Notes under the pieces: model-generated
Told to the model about the DNA's origin: nothing
What the model saw: the letters and a program-made list of their open reading frames with translations, nothing else
The model's database searches: none
Made by a program: the position numbers and the translations under genes
In this document: piece after piece, positions 9,443 through 18,969 of the stretch
How the letters are laid out: each line of letters starts with the position of its first letter
How positions within the stretch are numbered: position 1 is the first letter of the stretch
Assembly (NCBI GenBank): GCA_035473775.1
Contig: DATINV010000099.1
Location: forward strand, 5,806 to 69,805
Source: Chthoniobacterales bacterium
GTDB lineage: Bacteria; Verrucomicrobiota; Verrucomicrobiia; Chthoniobacterales; UBA10450
Direction: 5' to 3'
Length of the DNA: 64,000 nt

Positions 9443-11209
9443 GTGGGCTCCCGATCATTTTCGAAATTGGTGATCTCCGTCGCCTTGATTGCGATCACGT
9501 GGGCGGTGTTCGGCCAAACCTTGCGCGACAACTTCGTGAATTACGATGATCCGCCTTATGTCAGTGAGAATCGCCAGATCCAAGCGGGGCTGAATTGGCC
9601 CAACGTCGTCTGGGCTTTTACTCATGTTCATTCTCACAACTGGCATCCGCTCACGACGCTTTCGCACATGTTCGATTGCCAGATCTTCGGTCTTCAACCC
9701 GGCGCGCATCATTTCGTTAACGTTGTATTGCACAGTGCGAGCGTGATTCTGCTTTTTCTTTTGCTCGAGCAAACAACCGCATCACTGTGGCGGAGCGCAT
9801 TTGTGGCGGCGGTATTCGCGGTTCATCCGTTGCACGTCGAATCGGTGGCATGGATTTCCGAACGCAAGGACGTGCTCAGCGGTTTGTTTTTTATGCTGAC
9901 TCTCCTGGCCTACGTGCATTACTCGCGAAAACCGGATGCAATCCGTTACTGCGCAATGTCGATTCTGTTCGTCTGCGGTTTGCTCTCGAAGCCGATGTTG
10001 GTCACGCTTCCGGCGGTTCTTTTGTTGTTGGATTATTGGCCGCTTGGAAGATTCAAGACGTCAGAAATCATCCGCCTACGCCAAGGCTACGGCGCGATTC
10101 GTCCAGCTTCCGCAGGCGAAGACATCGGGGATCAGAAGGGTTTAACATTTGCAGGACTAGTTATTGAGAAAACCCCGTTGTTTGTCTTGTCACTCGGTTC
10201 GGCAGTCGCAACGCTGATTGCGCAACGCGGCGGAATCCTTCAAATGGCACATCTGCCGTTGAGCTGGCGAATGGCCAACGCGGCCACGGTTTATCTGATC
10301 TATATCTGGCAAATGTTCTGGCCGGTGAACTTGGCGGTGATTTATCCGCATCCCGGTCAATTGCCATTTTGGAAAACGGCGCTGGCGACTGCGCTATTGA
10401 TTATCGTGACGGTGCTTGCTTTTGTTTCGCGGAAGCAACGCTCTTATTTCATTACCGGCTGGTTTTGGTACTTGATCATGTTAGTGCCGGTCCTCGGATT
10501 GGTTCAGGTCGGCAGTCAGGCGCACGCGGATCGTTACACCTATTTGCCGCAACTCGGCCTTTACGTTGCAGTTGTTTGGGGCATTGCTGATCTTCTCCAA
10601 CCGTTTCGTTACCGGCGGCAACTTTGTGCGGTCTTTGCACCGCTCATCATCGCGGTGCTGGGTTGGCGCGCCTGGGTTCAAACCGGCTATTGGCGCGACA
10701 CGGAACGCTTGTGGAACCGAGCCCTCGCAGTCACCGGGCAAAACGATTTCGCTCATTTCGGACTCGGCGAATTTCTTCTGAAGATTCACCGATTAGATGA
10801 GGCCATTGCGCAGTTCAAAATCGTGCTGTCTACCCATCCGAACGAACCGGATATCAATTTTCAAATGGGTTATGCGTTAATGGAGAAAGGCGACACCGAC
10901 GTGGCGATGGTCCATTTCGAACAAACCTTGAAAGCTAGACCGGGAGATCCCGATGCGGAGACAAACCTCGGCAACTTGCTGCTAAAGTCCGATCGGATTG
11001 AGGAAGCGGTGCAACATTATCGCAATGTGGTCCAACAGAGACCGTCAAGCGCATTGGCCCACTACAATCTTGCGGTCGGTCTTCATCGCCTGGGACGACT
11101 CCCGGAAGCAATTGCTCAATATAAAGAGACGCTCGCGCTCGATCCGAATTATCCCGATGCCGCCGGTTTTTTGTTGGAAGCGCAGGTGCAAAACGGGCCA
11201 GGCAAATGA
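9443..11209 (+). CDS. TMTC/DUF1736-like polytopic membrane protein with C-terminal TPR repeats (putative GT-C protein O-glycosyltransferase), paralog 1
   Basis: 588 aa. NFVNYDDPPYV follows TM1. Also present are HSHNWHPLTTLSHMFDC, FAVHPLHVESVAWISERKDVLSG, SKPMLVTLP..LLLLDYWPL and HADRYTYLPQ, then about 5 TPRs. Confidence 0.75.
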   Translation: MGSRSFSKLVISVALIAITWAVFGQTLRDNFVNYDDPPYVSENRQIQAGLNWPNVVWAFTHVHSHNWHPLTTLSHMFDCQIFGLQPGAHHFVNVVLHSASVILLFLLLEQTTASLWRSAFVAAVFAVHPLHVESVAWISERKDVLSGLFFMLTLLAYVHYSRKPDAIRYCAMSILFVCGLLSKPMLVTLPAVLLLLDYWPLGRFKTSEIIRLRQGYGAIRPASAGEDIGDQKGLTFAGLVIEKTPLFVLSLGSAVATLIAQRGGILQMAHLPLSWRMANAATVYLIYIWQMFWPVNLAVIYPHPGQLPFWKTALATALLIIVTVLAFVSRKQRSYFITGWFWYLIMLVPVLGLVQVGSQAHADRYTYLPQLGLYVAVVWGIADLLQPFRYRRQLCAVFAPLIIAVLGWRAWVQTGYWRDTERLWNRALAVTGQNDFAHFGLGEFLLKIHRLDEAIAQFKIVLSTHPNEPDINFQMGYALMEKGDTDVAMVHFEQTLKARPGDPDAETNLGNLLLKSDRIEEAVQHYRNVVQQRPSSALAHYNLAVGLHRLGRLPEAIAQYKETLALDPNYPDAAGFLLEAQVQNGPGK

Positions 11210-11243
11210 GTTGGAGAAACGCTGAGGTGGTTACTTTGTCGTC

Positions 11244-13166
11244 GTGAGCATGACCGAATCCTGGCGAACGCGATTAGGCATTGCGGTTTTTCTGGTCGCG
11301 ATCACGTGGGCTGTGTTTGGGCAGACGTTCCATCATCAGTTCATCAATTACGACGATCCCCTCTATGTCTACGACAACCCGCACGTGCGCGCGGGGCTGA
11401 GCTGGCAGGGAATCGGATGGGCGTTCACACATGTCCATTCTCAAAACTGGCATCCGCTTACGACGATTTCGCACATGCTCGATTGCCAGCTCTTCGGGGT
11501 CACTCCCGGTCCGCACCATTTAGTCAATGTGTTTTGGCACAGTCTCGCGACGCTGCTGCTTTTCATTTTCCTCACCCGAACCACTGGCGCTGTGTGGGCG
11601 AGCGCATTCGTCGCCGCTATTTTTGCGGTTCACCCATTGCGGGTCGAATCCGTCGCTTGGATCGCGGAGCGCAAAGACGTGTTGAGCGGTGCTTTCTTCA
11701 TGATGACCCTGCTCGCTTATTGTCGCTGGGCTCGCGCACAAACGCTCGGTGGCTATTTAACAACAGCGATCCTTTTCGGCTGCGGTTTAATGTCGAAGCC
11801 GATGCTCGTGACAACCCCGGTTGTCCTGTTACTGCTCGATTACTGGCCGTTGAAGAGGTTCCAGAGGTCCCGCCTTGGCCAAGGCTGCGGCAGGCAAGCA
11901 GAGGTCGGAGGTAGGACCTCAGCAAACCTGATAGTTGAAAAGATTCCGTTGTTCGCATTGTCGGCCGGTTCAATTGTCGCAACCTTGTGGGCCCAAAATT
12001 TCGCGCTCGGCTCTACCGAATTTCTTCCGCTGAAATGGCGCATCACCAATGCCGTCTTCAGTTATTTCGAATACGTCCGGCAAATGTTTTGGCCGGTGAA
12101 TTTGATTCCTTTTTATGTTCATCCGGAAAACCGGCTGGGGATTTGGCGGCTCGCAATTGCGATTGTTTTTCTAATTGCGGTAACGACGGTCGCGTTCGTT
12201 CGCCGGCGGCAAAACCCGTACCTGATCGTCGGCTGGCTTTGGTATCTGGTGATGTTGATTCCTGTGATCGGAATCGTGCAAGTCGGCTTGCAAGGTCACG
12301 CCGACCGTTACACGTATCTTCCGCAAGTCGGGCTTTACCTTGCTATCACCTGGCTCGTTTGCGATCTGATGAAAGATTGCCTGTCGCGCCGTAGCCATTT
12401 CGCGAAGGCGGAGTCCGCGCAGAAAAAGATTTTGGGCGTAGCAGGGACGCTCGTTGTTGGAACGTTGTCGATCTTGTCCGCCAAACAAACGAGTTATTGG
12501 CGCGATACCGAAACATTGTGGCGCCATACGCTCGCGGTGACGCCGGACAGTGACGTTGCGCACACCGGTCTGGGAGGAATTCTGTTTGTGCGCGGCCAAG
12601 TTGACGACGCGATTGAGCATTACGAGCAAGCGCTGCGTTTGCGCGACGGCAACGTGGCGGCGCATTTTGGATTGGCCCGCGCGTTGACGGCACGGCAAAA
12701 AATCGACGCGTCAATTTCTCATCTCCAAAGAGCTCTCGAAATTCAGCCTGATTACATCGCGGCCAGTAACGATCTCGGTGTGCTGCTGGCGAGCAAAGGC
12801 GAAATCAAAGAGGCGATCTTGGCCTGGCAGCGAACGTTGTCATTCGATCCGGACAATCCGGATGCGGCCAATAATATTGCGTGGGTGCGATCGACTGCAT
12901 CCGATTCGGATTTGCGCGATGGCAAGGAAGCGCTCGAACTGGTCCGGCGCGCGGTTCGAAGTGGCGGCGAGAACCCGGTTGTCTTACGAACTCTGGCGGC
13001 GGCCCAAGCCGAGAATGGCGAATTTCGGGAAGCGATTGCGAGTTGCCGGCGCGGCGAAGAACTAGCGCAGAAAAATAATGACCAGGCGATGGTCGAAAGT
13101 TTGAGGCAATGCGCCGACTCGTTCCGCCGCCGCGAGGCCTTGCGCGGGACCCAAGTTTCACACTGA
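11244..13166 (+). CDS. TMTC/DUF1736-like polytopic membrane protein with C-terminal TPR repeats, paralog 2
   Basis: 640 aa, with a GTG at 11244 or an ATG at 11250. Same motif set as paralog 1 (QFINYDDPLYV, FAVHPLRVESVAWIAERKDVLSG, LLLLDYWPL, HADRYTYLPQ) and a longer TPR tail. Confidence 0.75.
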   Translation: MSMTESWRTRLGIAVFLVAITWAVFGQTFHHQFINYDDPLYVYDNPHVRAGLSWQGIGWAFTHVHSQNWHPLTTISHMLDCQLFGVTPGPHHLVNVFWHSLATLLLFIFLTRTTGAVWASAFVAAIFAVHPLRVESVAWIAERKDVLSGAFFMMTLLAYCRWARAQTLGGYLTTAILFGCGLMSKPMLVTTPVVLLLLDYWPLKRFQRSRLGQGCGRQAEVGGRTSANLIVEKIPLFALSAGSIVATLWAQNFALGSTEFLPLKWRITNAVFSYFEYVRQMFWPVNLIPFYVHPENRLGIWRLAIAIVFLIAVTTVAFVRRRQNPYLIVGWLWYLVMLIPVIGIVQVGLQGHADRYTYLPQVGLYLAITWLVCDLMKDCLSRRSHFAKAESAQKKILGVAGTLVVGTLSILSAKQTSYWRDTETLWRHTLAVTPDSDVAHTGLGGILFVRGQVDDAIEHYEQALRLRDGNVAAHFGLARALTARQKIDASISHLQRALEIQPDYIAASNDLGVLLASKGEIKEAILAWQRTLSFDPDNPDAANNIAWVRSTASDSDLRDGKEALELVRRAVRSGGENPVVLRTLAAAQAENGEFREAIASCRRGEELAQKNNDQAMVESLRQCADSFRRREALRGTQVSH

Positions 13167-13398
13167 AATCGCCGCTGAGCCCTCCTCACGCCTGGGGTGG
13201 GGGGTCGAAAATTCTTTAATTTTTTTCTAGGCAGCCGCCGGGAAATCCGATAGAACCGCCGGAAAACGGGGACTGGCTCAGACAATGGGCCCGTTTGCCC
13301 GTTCAAAAAAATTCCAAAAAACTGAAAAAAAACCTTGTCAGCCTGACGACTTTTCAATAATCCCTAGCGCAAACCTAACCAAACCCATGGAGAAACCA

Positions 13399-16300
13399 AT
13401 GACTAGAAACGTGCAAAAAACGTTGGGAATTCGCGTCGCTCTCGTAGCAGCCGCATTTCCATTAATCATCGCGATGAGCGCGCGTGCTCAAGATGCCACC
13501 GCGCCGGCACCGGCGACGACGACTGGATCAAATATCGCCCCGAATGCGGCCCCAGCCGCGACGGAAGCGACAGCTGAGCGCGTTGTCGTAACCGGTTCGA
13601 ACATTCCGACTGCAGAAGAAGTCGGCCCGAACCCGGTTGATACATATCGCCGCGACGACATTACCCGACTGGGTGTGCGCACTGCCACCGACCTGATCCT
13701 GCGCCTTCCGGCGTCGACTGGATCAAACACCACTGAAAACAACACCAACGGTGGTGACGGCAGCACCCGTATCAGTCTTCGTGGTATCGACCCGAAAGAA
13801 ACTCTTGTGTTGCAGGACGGCCGTCGTCTCGCTTATGCGGGCACCGCTTCCATCGACTTCAACCAGTTTCCGTTGGGTTTGATCGATCACATCGACATCC
13901 TGAAGGACGGCGCTTCGCCAATTTACGGCACCGAGGCTGTCGCCGGCGTAGTAAACGTGTTTTTGATTAAGCACTTCCGTGGGTTGGAGGTTTACGCCAG
14001 CTATGGCAACACGAATCTTGGTTTCGCGGGTGACCGGGGTGAAGAGACGGGCTACATGCTTGCAGGTACTGGTGACGACAAGACCAACATCGTCGTTTAT
14101 GCCGGCATTTATAATTCCTCGGCGATCTATTCGCGCGATGTGAATATTTCGCACGATCCGGATAAGTCTGCCTACGGCAGCTTCGATGTCCGTTCCGGTA
14201 ACTTGGCGGGACGCGTGACCGGGGCCTGGTTTCTCGGATTGGCCCAGCAGCCGTTCAAACTGAACTTGAAGACGCCGACTCCACACGCTTCGGCCAACCA
14301 GTTCACCGATACGCAGTACACTGCCCCGGGGTTGACACCTACCTCGGCGATTACGAGCGAGCGTTTCCTGTTCAACTTCGCCGATCTAACGCCCGACATT
14401 GCCGCGACCGATCGCGAGTATTTATATGGTTCGTTTGATCGCGACCTCTGCGACAAATACCTGACCGTAATGGCGGACTTTAAGTATTTCCGCCAATTCT
14501 GGGATGGTGGTTTGGCGCCGACACCGTTCACGCCTGATATCTGGACGGACACGGGTGGTTTTGCGCCGAGCTTCATTAGTGCAGCCAATCCGCTCGGCAC
14601 GGTCGGGGCACACCCCTTCGGTATCAGCAGCGCGGGCATCAGCGTGCCGACACAGAACGCGTTCAATCCGTTCACGACTGGGGACTATACCTCGAATGGC
14701 GGCTTCAACGGCACTTTTCCGGTATTCTCGATCCCGAGCGCCGCGCCTCCGGGAACAGTGTTTACAACTGGCGTGCGTTACCGCTCGCTCGAAGCGGGCT
14801 TGCGCACGGTCAAGATCCAGACCGCCAACTACGTGTTTACCGGTGTCTTGAAGGGTAACTTGGGCGAATTCTCCAATGCCTGGGACCAACTCAAGACCTG
14901 GGAATGGGAATTCGGTTTCCGTTACAATGAAAGTAACCGGGTGGCCAACACCGGTGGAATCGTGAACAACAACGCCTTGCGGGCCTTCTTGCTGGATACC
15001 GATCCGGCTACGGCCTTCAATCCCTTCGGCAAGAACGTAAACAACAAGCGGACGATTAATCAGGTCTTCACGACGACCCACGATGTGGAAGAGTCGACGA
15101 TTATGACTGAGGACTTCGCTCTCCGTGGCGATATGTTCAATCTGCCGGGCGGCGCGGTCCGCTTCGCGATCGGCGGTGCACACCTTGGCAACACCTTCCA
15201 CGATCAGCCCGACCCGCTGACAGTTACCGGCCAAACAACCGGTTCGACTAACGGGCAGGCTACCAAAGGAAACCGCGATACGTGGTCGCTCTACTGGGAA
15301 GCTCGCGTCCCGGTTACCGGACCAACTTGGAACTTCCCAGGCGCCTACAGCTTGGAACTTGGCTACGCCGAGCGGTTTGAGAGCTATAGCGATTTCGGTC
15401 AAACCGAGCGTCCGAAGTTCGACGTTCGCTGGCAGCCGATTGATCAGTCTCTGACTCTGCGCGCGGCTTACATTGAAGCGTTCCACGCTCCAACGCTGTT
15501 TGAATTGTTTGGTGGCACCACGCAGACATTCCCGGCAGTTAAAGATACCTGCAGCACCTGCGGTACCGAGCCACAGGTTGAGCAGCACTTGCAGGGAAAT
15601 CCGAATCTGAAGCCGGAAATAGCTTACGAGTATACCTACGGTGGTGTGATTACTCCGGGCAAATGGTGGGCTCCGTTGTCGGGCTTGACCGTGTCCGCTG
15701 ACTACATCCACATCGACATCCGCGGTTTCACTACAACTCTCGATGCGCAATCACTAATCAACGCGACGAGCAGTATCGCACCAGATGCGAACGGAACCCA
15801 AACCTTGGGCGTGTCCCAGGTGCAACGTGCGGGCGGCGTCGGAACGCCGATCACCCTGTTGCTGACGCCGGAACAGAACCTCGGCTTGGAAGTGCTGAGT
15901 GCTTGGGACTTCGAAGTAGTTGAGATCTTCGAAACCAGCCGCTTGGGCCACGGCGATTGGGGAACGTTCACCGCCACGTGGAATGAAACCTATATGGCGG
16001 ACGTTGACGTCGCGCTTCTGCCGGCGACGAAGGGCGTGCCTGCAAGCAAGCGCCGCACAGTGGTCGGCAAATTCGGCGGCGGCTTTCAAGGCACCAACGG
16101 TGGCGGTTCGTTCACCCATAATCGTTGGTACGCCAGCTTGTTCTACGACGGTCCGTCCGGCTCCTGGATGCAAGGCATCGATGGCGGTTTGGTTGTCCAC
16201 TATATCGGCCAATACTGGGATGACCCTTCGCTCCAGCCCCATGGGCACACATTCGCTGGTGGCAATCCGGCCAACGGACCGAGCGCAAATGGCAAGTTTC

Positions 16301-16650
16301 CCGGCTCACGCAAGGTTCGCGAGTGGGTTACGCTCGACCTGATCATCAACTACACCTTCAATCTACCACCGCCTGCGGCTCAATCCGAAGTTGCGGGTTA
16401 CTCCAAGGATGGCGGCAAGAACGTGAAGATGAGTGGCAAGGACAAGAACGTGATGCCGGTTTCCACGGCTGAATACAATCCGTGCGGTTGGAGAGCCTGG
16501 CTCAACCAAACCACGCTCACGTTTGGTATCGATAACCTCTTCGACTCGGAGCCGCCATTCGTGGCCGGCGCATTTGAGAACGGTTACGACGAAAGCACCA
16601 CGAACGCCAAAGGCCGTCTCTGGTACCTCGGTGTCAAGAAACGCTTCTAA
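13399..16650 (+). CDS. TonB-dependent outer-membrane receptor
   Basis: The signal peptide MTRNVQKTLGIRVALVAAAFPLIIAMSARAQD starts at the ATG at 13399; alternatives are 13387 and 13285. An Ala/Pro-rich linker follows, then the TonB-box/plug ERVVVTGSNIPT..LRGIDPKETLVLQDGRR. A long beta-barrel ends in the aromatic ..LGVKKRF. Confidence 0.85.
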   Translation: MTRNVQKTLGIRVALVAAAFPLIIAMSARAQDATAPAPATTTGSNIAPNAAPAATEATAERVVVTGSNIPTAEEVGPNPVDTYRRDDITRLGVRTATDLILRLPASTGSNTTENNTNGGDGSTRISLRGIDPKETLVLQDGRRLAYAGTASIDFNQFPLGLIDHIDILKDGASPIYGTEAVAGVVNVFLIKHFRGLEVYASYGNTNLGFAGDRGEETGYMLAGTGDDKTNIVVYAGIYNSSAIYSRDVNISHDPDKSAYGSFDVRSGNLAGRVTGAWFLGLAQQPFKLNLKTPTPHASANQFTDTQYTAPGLTPTSAITSERFLFNFADLTPDIAATDREYLYGSFDRDLCDKYLTVMADFKYFRQFWDGGLAPTPFTPDIWTDTGGFAPSFISAANPLGTVGAHPFGISSAGISVPTQNAFNPFTTGDYTSNGGFNGTFPVFSIPSAAPPGTVFTTGVRYRSLEAGLRTVKIQTANYVFTGVLKGNLGEFSNAWDQLKTWEWEFGFRYNESNRVANTGGIVNNNALRAFLLDTDPATAFNPFGKNVNNKRTINQVFTTTHDVEESTIMTEDFALRGDMFNLPGGAVRFAIGGAHLGNTFHDQPDPLTVTGQTTGSTNGQATKGNRDTWSLYWEARVPVTGPTWNFPGAYSLELGYAERFESYSDFGQTERPKFDVRWQPIDQSLTLRAAYIEAFHAPTLFELFGGTTQTFPAVKDTCSTCGTEPQVEQHLQGNPNLKPEIAYEYTYGGVITPGKWWAPLSGLTVSADYIHIDIRGFTTTLDAQSLINATSSIAPDANGTQTLGVSQVQRAGGVGTPITLLLTPEQNLGLEVLSAWDFEVVEIFETSRLGHGDWGTFTATWNETYMADVDVALLPATKGVPASKRRTVVGKFGGGFQGTNGGGSFTHNRWYASLFYDGPSGSWMQGIDGGLVVHYIGQYWDDPSLQPHGHTFAGGNPANGPSANGKFPGSRKVREWVTLDLIINYTFNLPPPAAQSEVAGYSKDGGKNVKMSGKDKNVMPVSTAEYNPCGWRAWLNQTTLTFGIDNLFDSEPPFVAGAFENGYDESTTNAKGRLWYLGVKKRF

Positions 16651-16673
16651 CCGATCAGCAATTTAGATTTCAG

Positions 16674-16710
16674 CGGCCGGGTTCCGAATGGGACCCGGCC
16701 GTTTGCTTTT
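16674..16710 (+). terminator. rho-independent terminator between convergent genes
   Basis: A 9-bp GC-rich stem (CGGCCGGGT at 16674-16682 pairs with ACCCGGCCG at 16693-16701) with a 10-nt loop, followed by TTTGCTTTT. Confidence 0.6.
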
Positions 16711-16770
16711 ACGCCGTGTTGTTAATTTGAAATCCCGCAGACGCCGCAACTAAGGGAAACCCCGCGCCAC

Positions 16771-18837
16771 CTAATCACGGAGCGGCGAACCTTCTTCGAA
16801 GAGCTTAATGTTCGCCTGTAAGGTCTGAGCGAGTGCCGAGTTCCCCTCCGCTTCAGCGAGGGCCAGTCCGTTTTGGGCAGCTTTGATTGCTTCAGGAAAC
16901 CGACCCGCCTCAGCATAAGCCGCCGCGGCGAGACGCCATATTCTGGCATTCTTTCCGCCGGACAATTGAATCGCCTTCTCGGCCGATTCGACGGCCTGCG
17001 TCCCGTTGCGGACCGCAGAGTCCGGAAACGTGGCGAAGACCCAAGCCAGATTGCATTGCGCTTCGAGATTGTTTGAATCAATGAGTAGGGTTCTTTTCCA
17101 CTCGCCGATTGCTTCCCGCATCTGTCCTTTTTGTGACAAGACGATCGCCAGATTGTTATGCGCTTCCGGATAATTTGGATTCAATTTCAGAGCGATTCGG
17201 AGATGCCCAAGCGCCTCGTCGATTTTTCCGGTACGCAACAAAGCATTCGCGAGATTATTGTGTCCCTCCGGAAAGTTCGGATACAACTGAAGCTCGGTCT
17301 CGTAGTTGGAGACGGCGTCGGCCATTTGTCCGCGCTCCATCAGAATGTTCGCCAAATTAAAGTGAACGCGTGCCAACTTTGGATTGAGTTGAAGTGCCTT
17401 CTCCAAATACGCAAGCGCTTCGTCCAAACGTCCTTTTCGCGCGAGCGCTGCGCCCAAAACGCCCTGGGCGTCTGCGCTGCCCGCTCGGGCGTCGACGGCG
17501 CGTCGCGCGGCCGCAACAGCATCATCGATCCGTCCTTTTTCGAGGTAAGCATCCGAAAGATGCTCTTCTGCGTTTTCATTCTCGGGCGTTACCGCCGTAG
17601 CGTGTTCCCAAAGCGCCTCACTCGAACGCCAGTAGGATGTTTGAATGCGAGCAACCCAAGTGAATGCAACCAGCGCAGTAACGGAAATCGCAGTAAAAAT
17701 CAGGTCCCGATATCGAATCGCGCCCAGCAAATCAGCAATTCCCCAGCTCATTGCTAATCCAAGCCCGATTTGAGGAAGATAGGTGTAACGATCAGCGTAG
17801 GCCTGATTGCCAACCTGGATAATACCCAGCACGGGGACCAGCATCCCCACGAACCAAAACCATCCTGCGATCAAATAGGGACAGCGGCGCCTGAGGATCC
17901 AGGCTGACCCGGAAATCGCGATGATTAGCGCGATTGAAAGAGCGATCGCGGACCCTGACAGTGTCTGCAGTGGGTGCGGATAAAAGCACGCCAGATCACG
18001 TGGGACAAATGTCTGCCGCAGATAGATCCCAATGCTGACGCAGGCGTTGGCAATTCGCGAGGACAGCGGCAAGTTCACCGCGTTCCGATCGGGATGTTGC
18101 GTTAAAAGCGCGACCACTGATGTAGCCGCCGACAAAACGACAAAAGGAATCTTTTCCAGGATCAACAGCAGCCAGCCGGAGAGGCGACGACCGCCAATGC
18201 TCGCAGTCGCGTCTCGGTAACGTCTCAACGGCCAATAGTCGACGAGCAAAAGAACAAACGGCAACGTCACCAGCATCGGTTTGGACATCAGCCCAAAAGC
18301 GAAGAGAACTGCGACTAAAAAGTATTTCCCAATTCCGGGTCGGCGGCTGTAAGCGACGTAAGCCGCTAACGTTAACATGAAGAACAATCCGCTTAAGACG
18401 TCTTTGCGTTCTGCGATCCACGCGACTGATTCAACGTGCAAGGGATGGACGGCAAAAATGCCCGCAACCGCCGCGCTTCGCCAGACGGCTCCGGTCATCG
18501 CTTGCAGCGTCAGAAACAGCACCAGCACTGACAAGGTATGCAGAATCGTGTTGGTAAGATGATGACCCCACGGCTGCACCCCGTATATGCGACAATCGAG
18601 CATATGCGACAGCATGGTTAGAGGATGCCAGTTGCCCGCCACTGGCTGAGTAAACGCCCGGCCTACCTGTTGCAGGGTAATTCCCTGCCTGATGTCGAAA
18701 TTCCGGTAGACGTAGGCGCCGTCGTCGAAATTTACGAACTGGTGTGACAAGGTTTGTCCGAAGACGATCCAGGTCAGTGTTACCAATCCAATAGCAACAG
18801 CGACGATCTTCCAAAGCGGTATCGTTCGAGTTGTCAT
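16771..18837 (-). CDS. TMTC/DUF1736-like polytopic membrane protein with long C-terminal TPR domain, paralog 3
   Basis: 688 aa with QFVNFDDGAYV, NWHPLTMLSHMLDC, FAVHPLHVESVAWIAERKDVLSG, SKPMLVTLP..LLLVDYWPL and YADRYTYLPQ. About 8 TPRs follow. Confidence 0.75.
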   Translation of the reverse strand: MTTRTIPLWKIVAVAIGLVTLTWIVFGQTLSHQFVNFDDGAYVYRNFDIRQGITLQQVGRAFTQPVAGNWHPLTMLSHMLDCRIYGVQPWGHHLTNTILHTLSVLVLFLTLQAMTGAVWRSAAVAGIFAVHPLHVESVAWIAERKDVLSGLFFMLTLAAYVAYSRRPGIGKYFLVAVLFAFGLMSKPMLVTLPFVLLLVDYWPLRRYRDATASIGGRRLSGWLLLILEKIPFVVLSAATSVVALLTQHPDRNAVNLPLSSRIANACVSIGIYLRQTFVPRDLACFYPHPLQTLSGSAIALSIALIIAISGSAWILRRRCPYLIAGWFWFVGMLVPVLGIIQVGNQAYADRYTYLPQIGLGLAMSWGIADLLGAIRYRDLIFTAISVTALVAFTWVARIQTSYWRSSEALWEHATAVTPENENAEEHLSDAYLEKGRIDDAVAAARRAVDARAGSADAQGVLGAALARKGRLDEALAYLEKALQLNPKLARVHFNLANILMERGQMADAVSNYETELQLYPNFPEGHNNLANALLRTGKIDEALGHLRIALKLNPNYPEAHNNLAIVLSQKGQMREAIGEWKRTLLIDSNNLEAQCNLAWVFATFPDSAVRNGTQAVESAEKAIQLSGGKNARIWRLAAAAYAEAGRFPEAIKAAQNGLALAEAEGNSALAQTLQANIKLFEEGSPLRD

Positions 18838-18969
18838 TTCCGAATCGATAGATTCTTCATCGCTTTTCGGTCAAAACAAGCGGACTTGAATCAGCGGTCG
18901 ACTCCGGCGGTCGGTGCCGTTGCTTTATGCGCGGCCTTCAGTCAAAATCCCGCGGATCCGAAAACTTCT

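Noticed and set aside
12752-13357. 201-aa minus-strand ORF spanning the TPR tail of TMTC paralog 2 and part of the intergenic spacer
   Set aside because: It has a low-complexity Arg/Ser/Pro-rich translation and is mostly antisense to a supported gene. No start context or motif is visible.
13167-13398. Possible riboswitch or leader upstream of the TonB-dependent receptor (232-nt spacer with A-tracts, a G-run and a short AAACGGG/CCCGTTT hairpin)
   Set aside because: I could not recognise a cobalamin B12-box or any other known riboswitch core. A weak TTGTCA-N15/16-AATAAT promoter-like pattern at 13335-13361 is not strong enough to report as a feature. A covariance-model scan (Rfam) would settle it.
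14422-15750. 442-aa ORF antisense to the TonB-dependent receptor
   Set aside because: It is fully nested and has an Arg/Gly/Ala-rich composition with no recognisable motif. The sense frame carries plug and barrel hallmarks. This is typical of antisense open frames in mid-to-high GC coding DNA.
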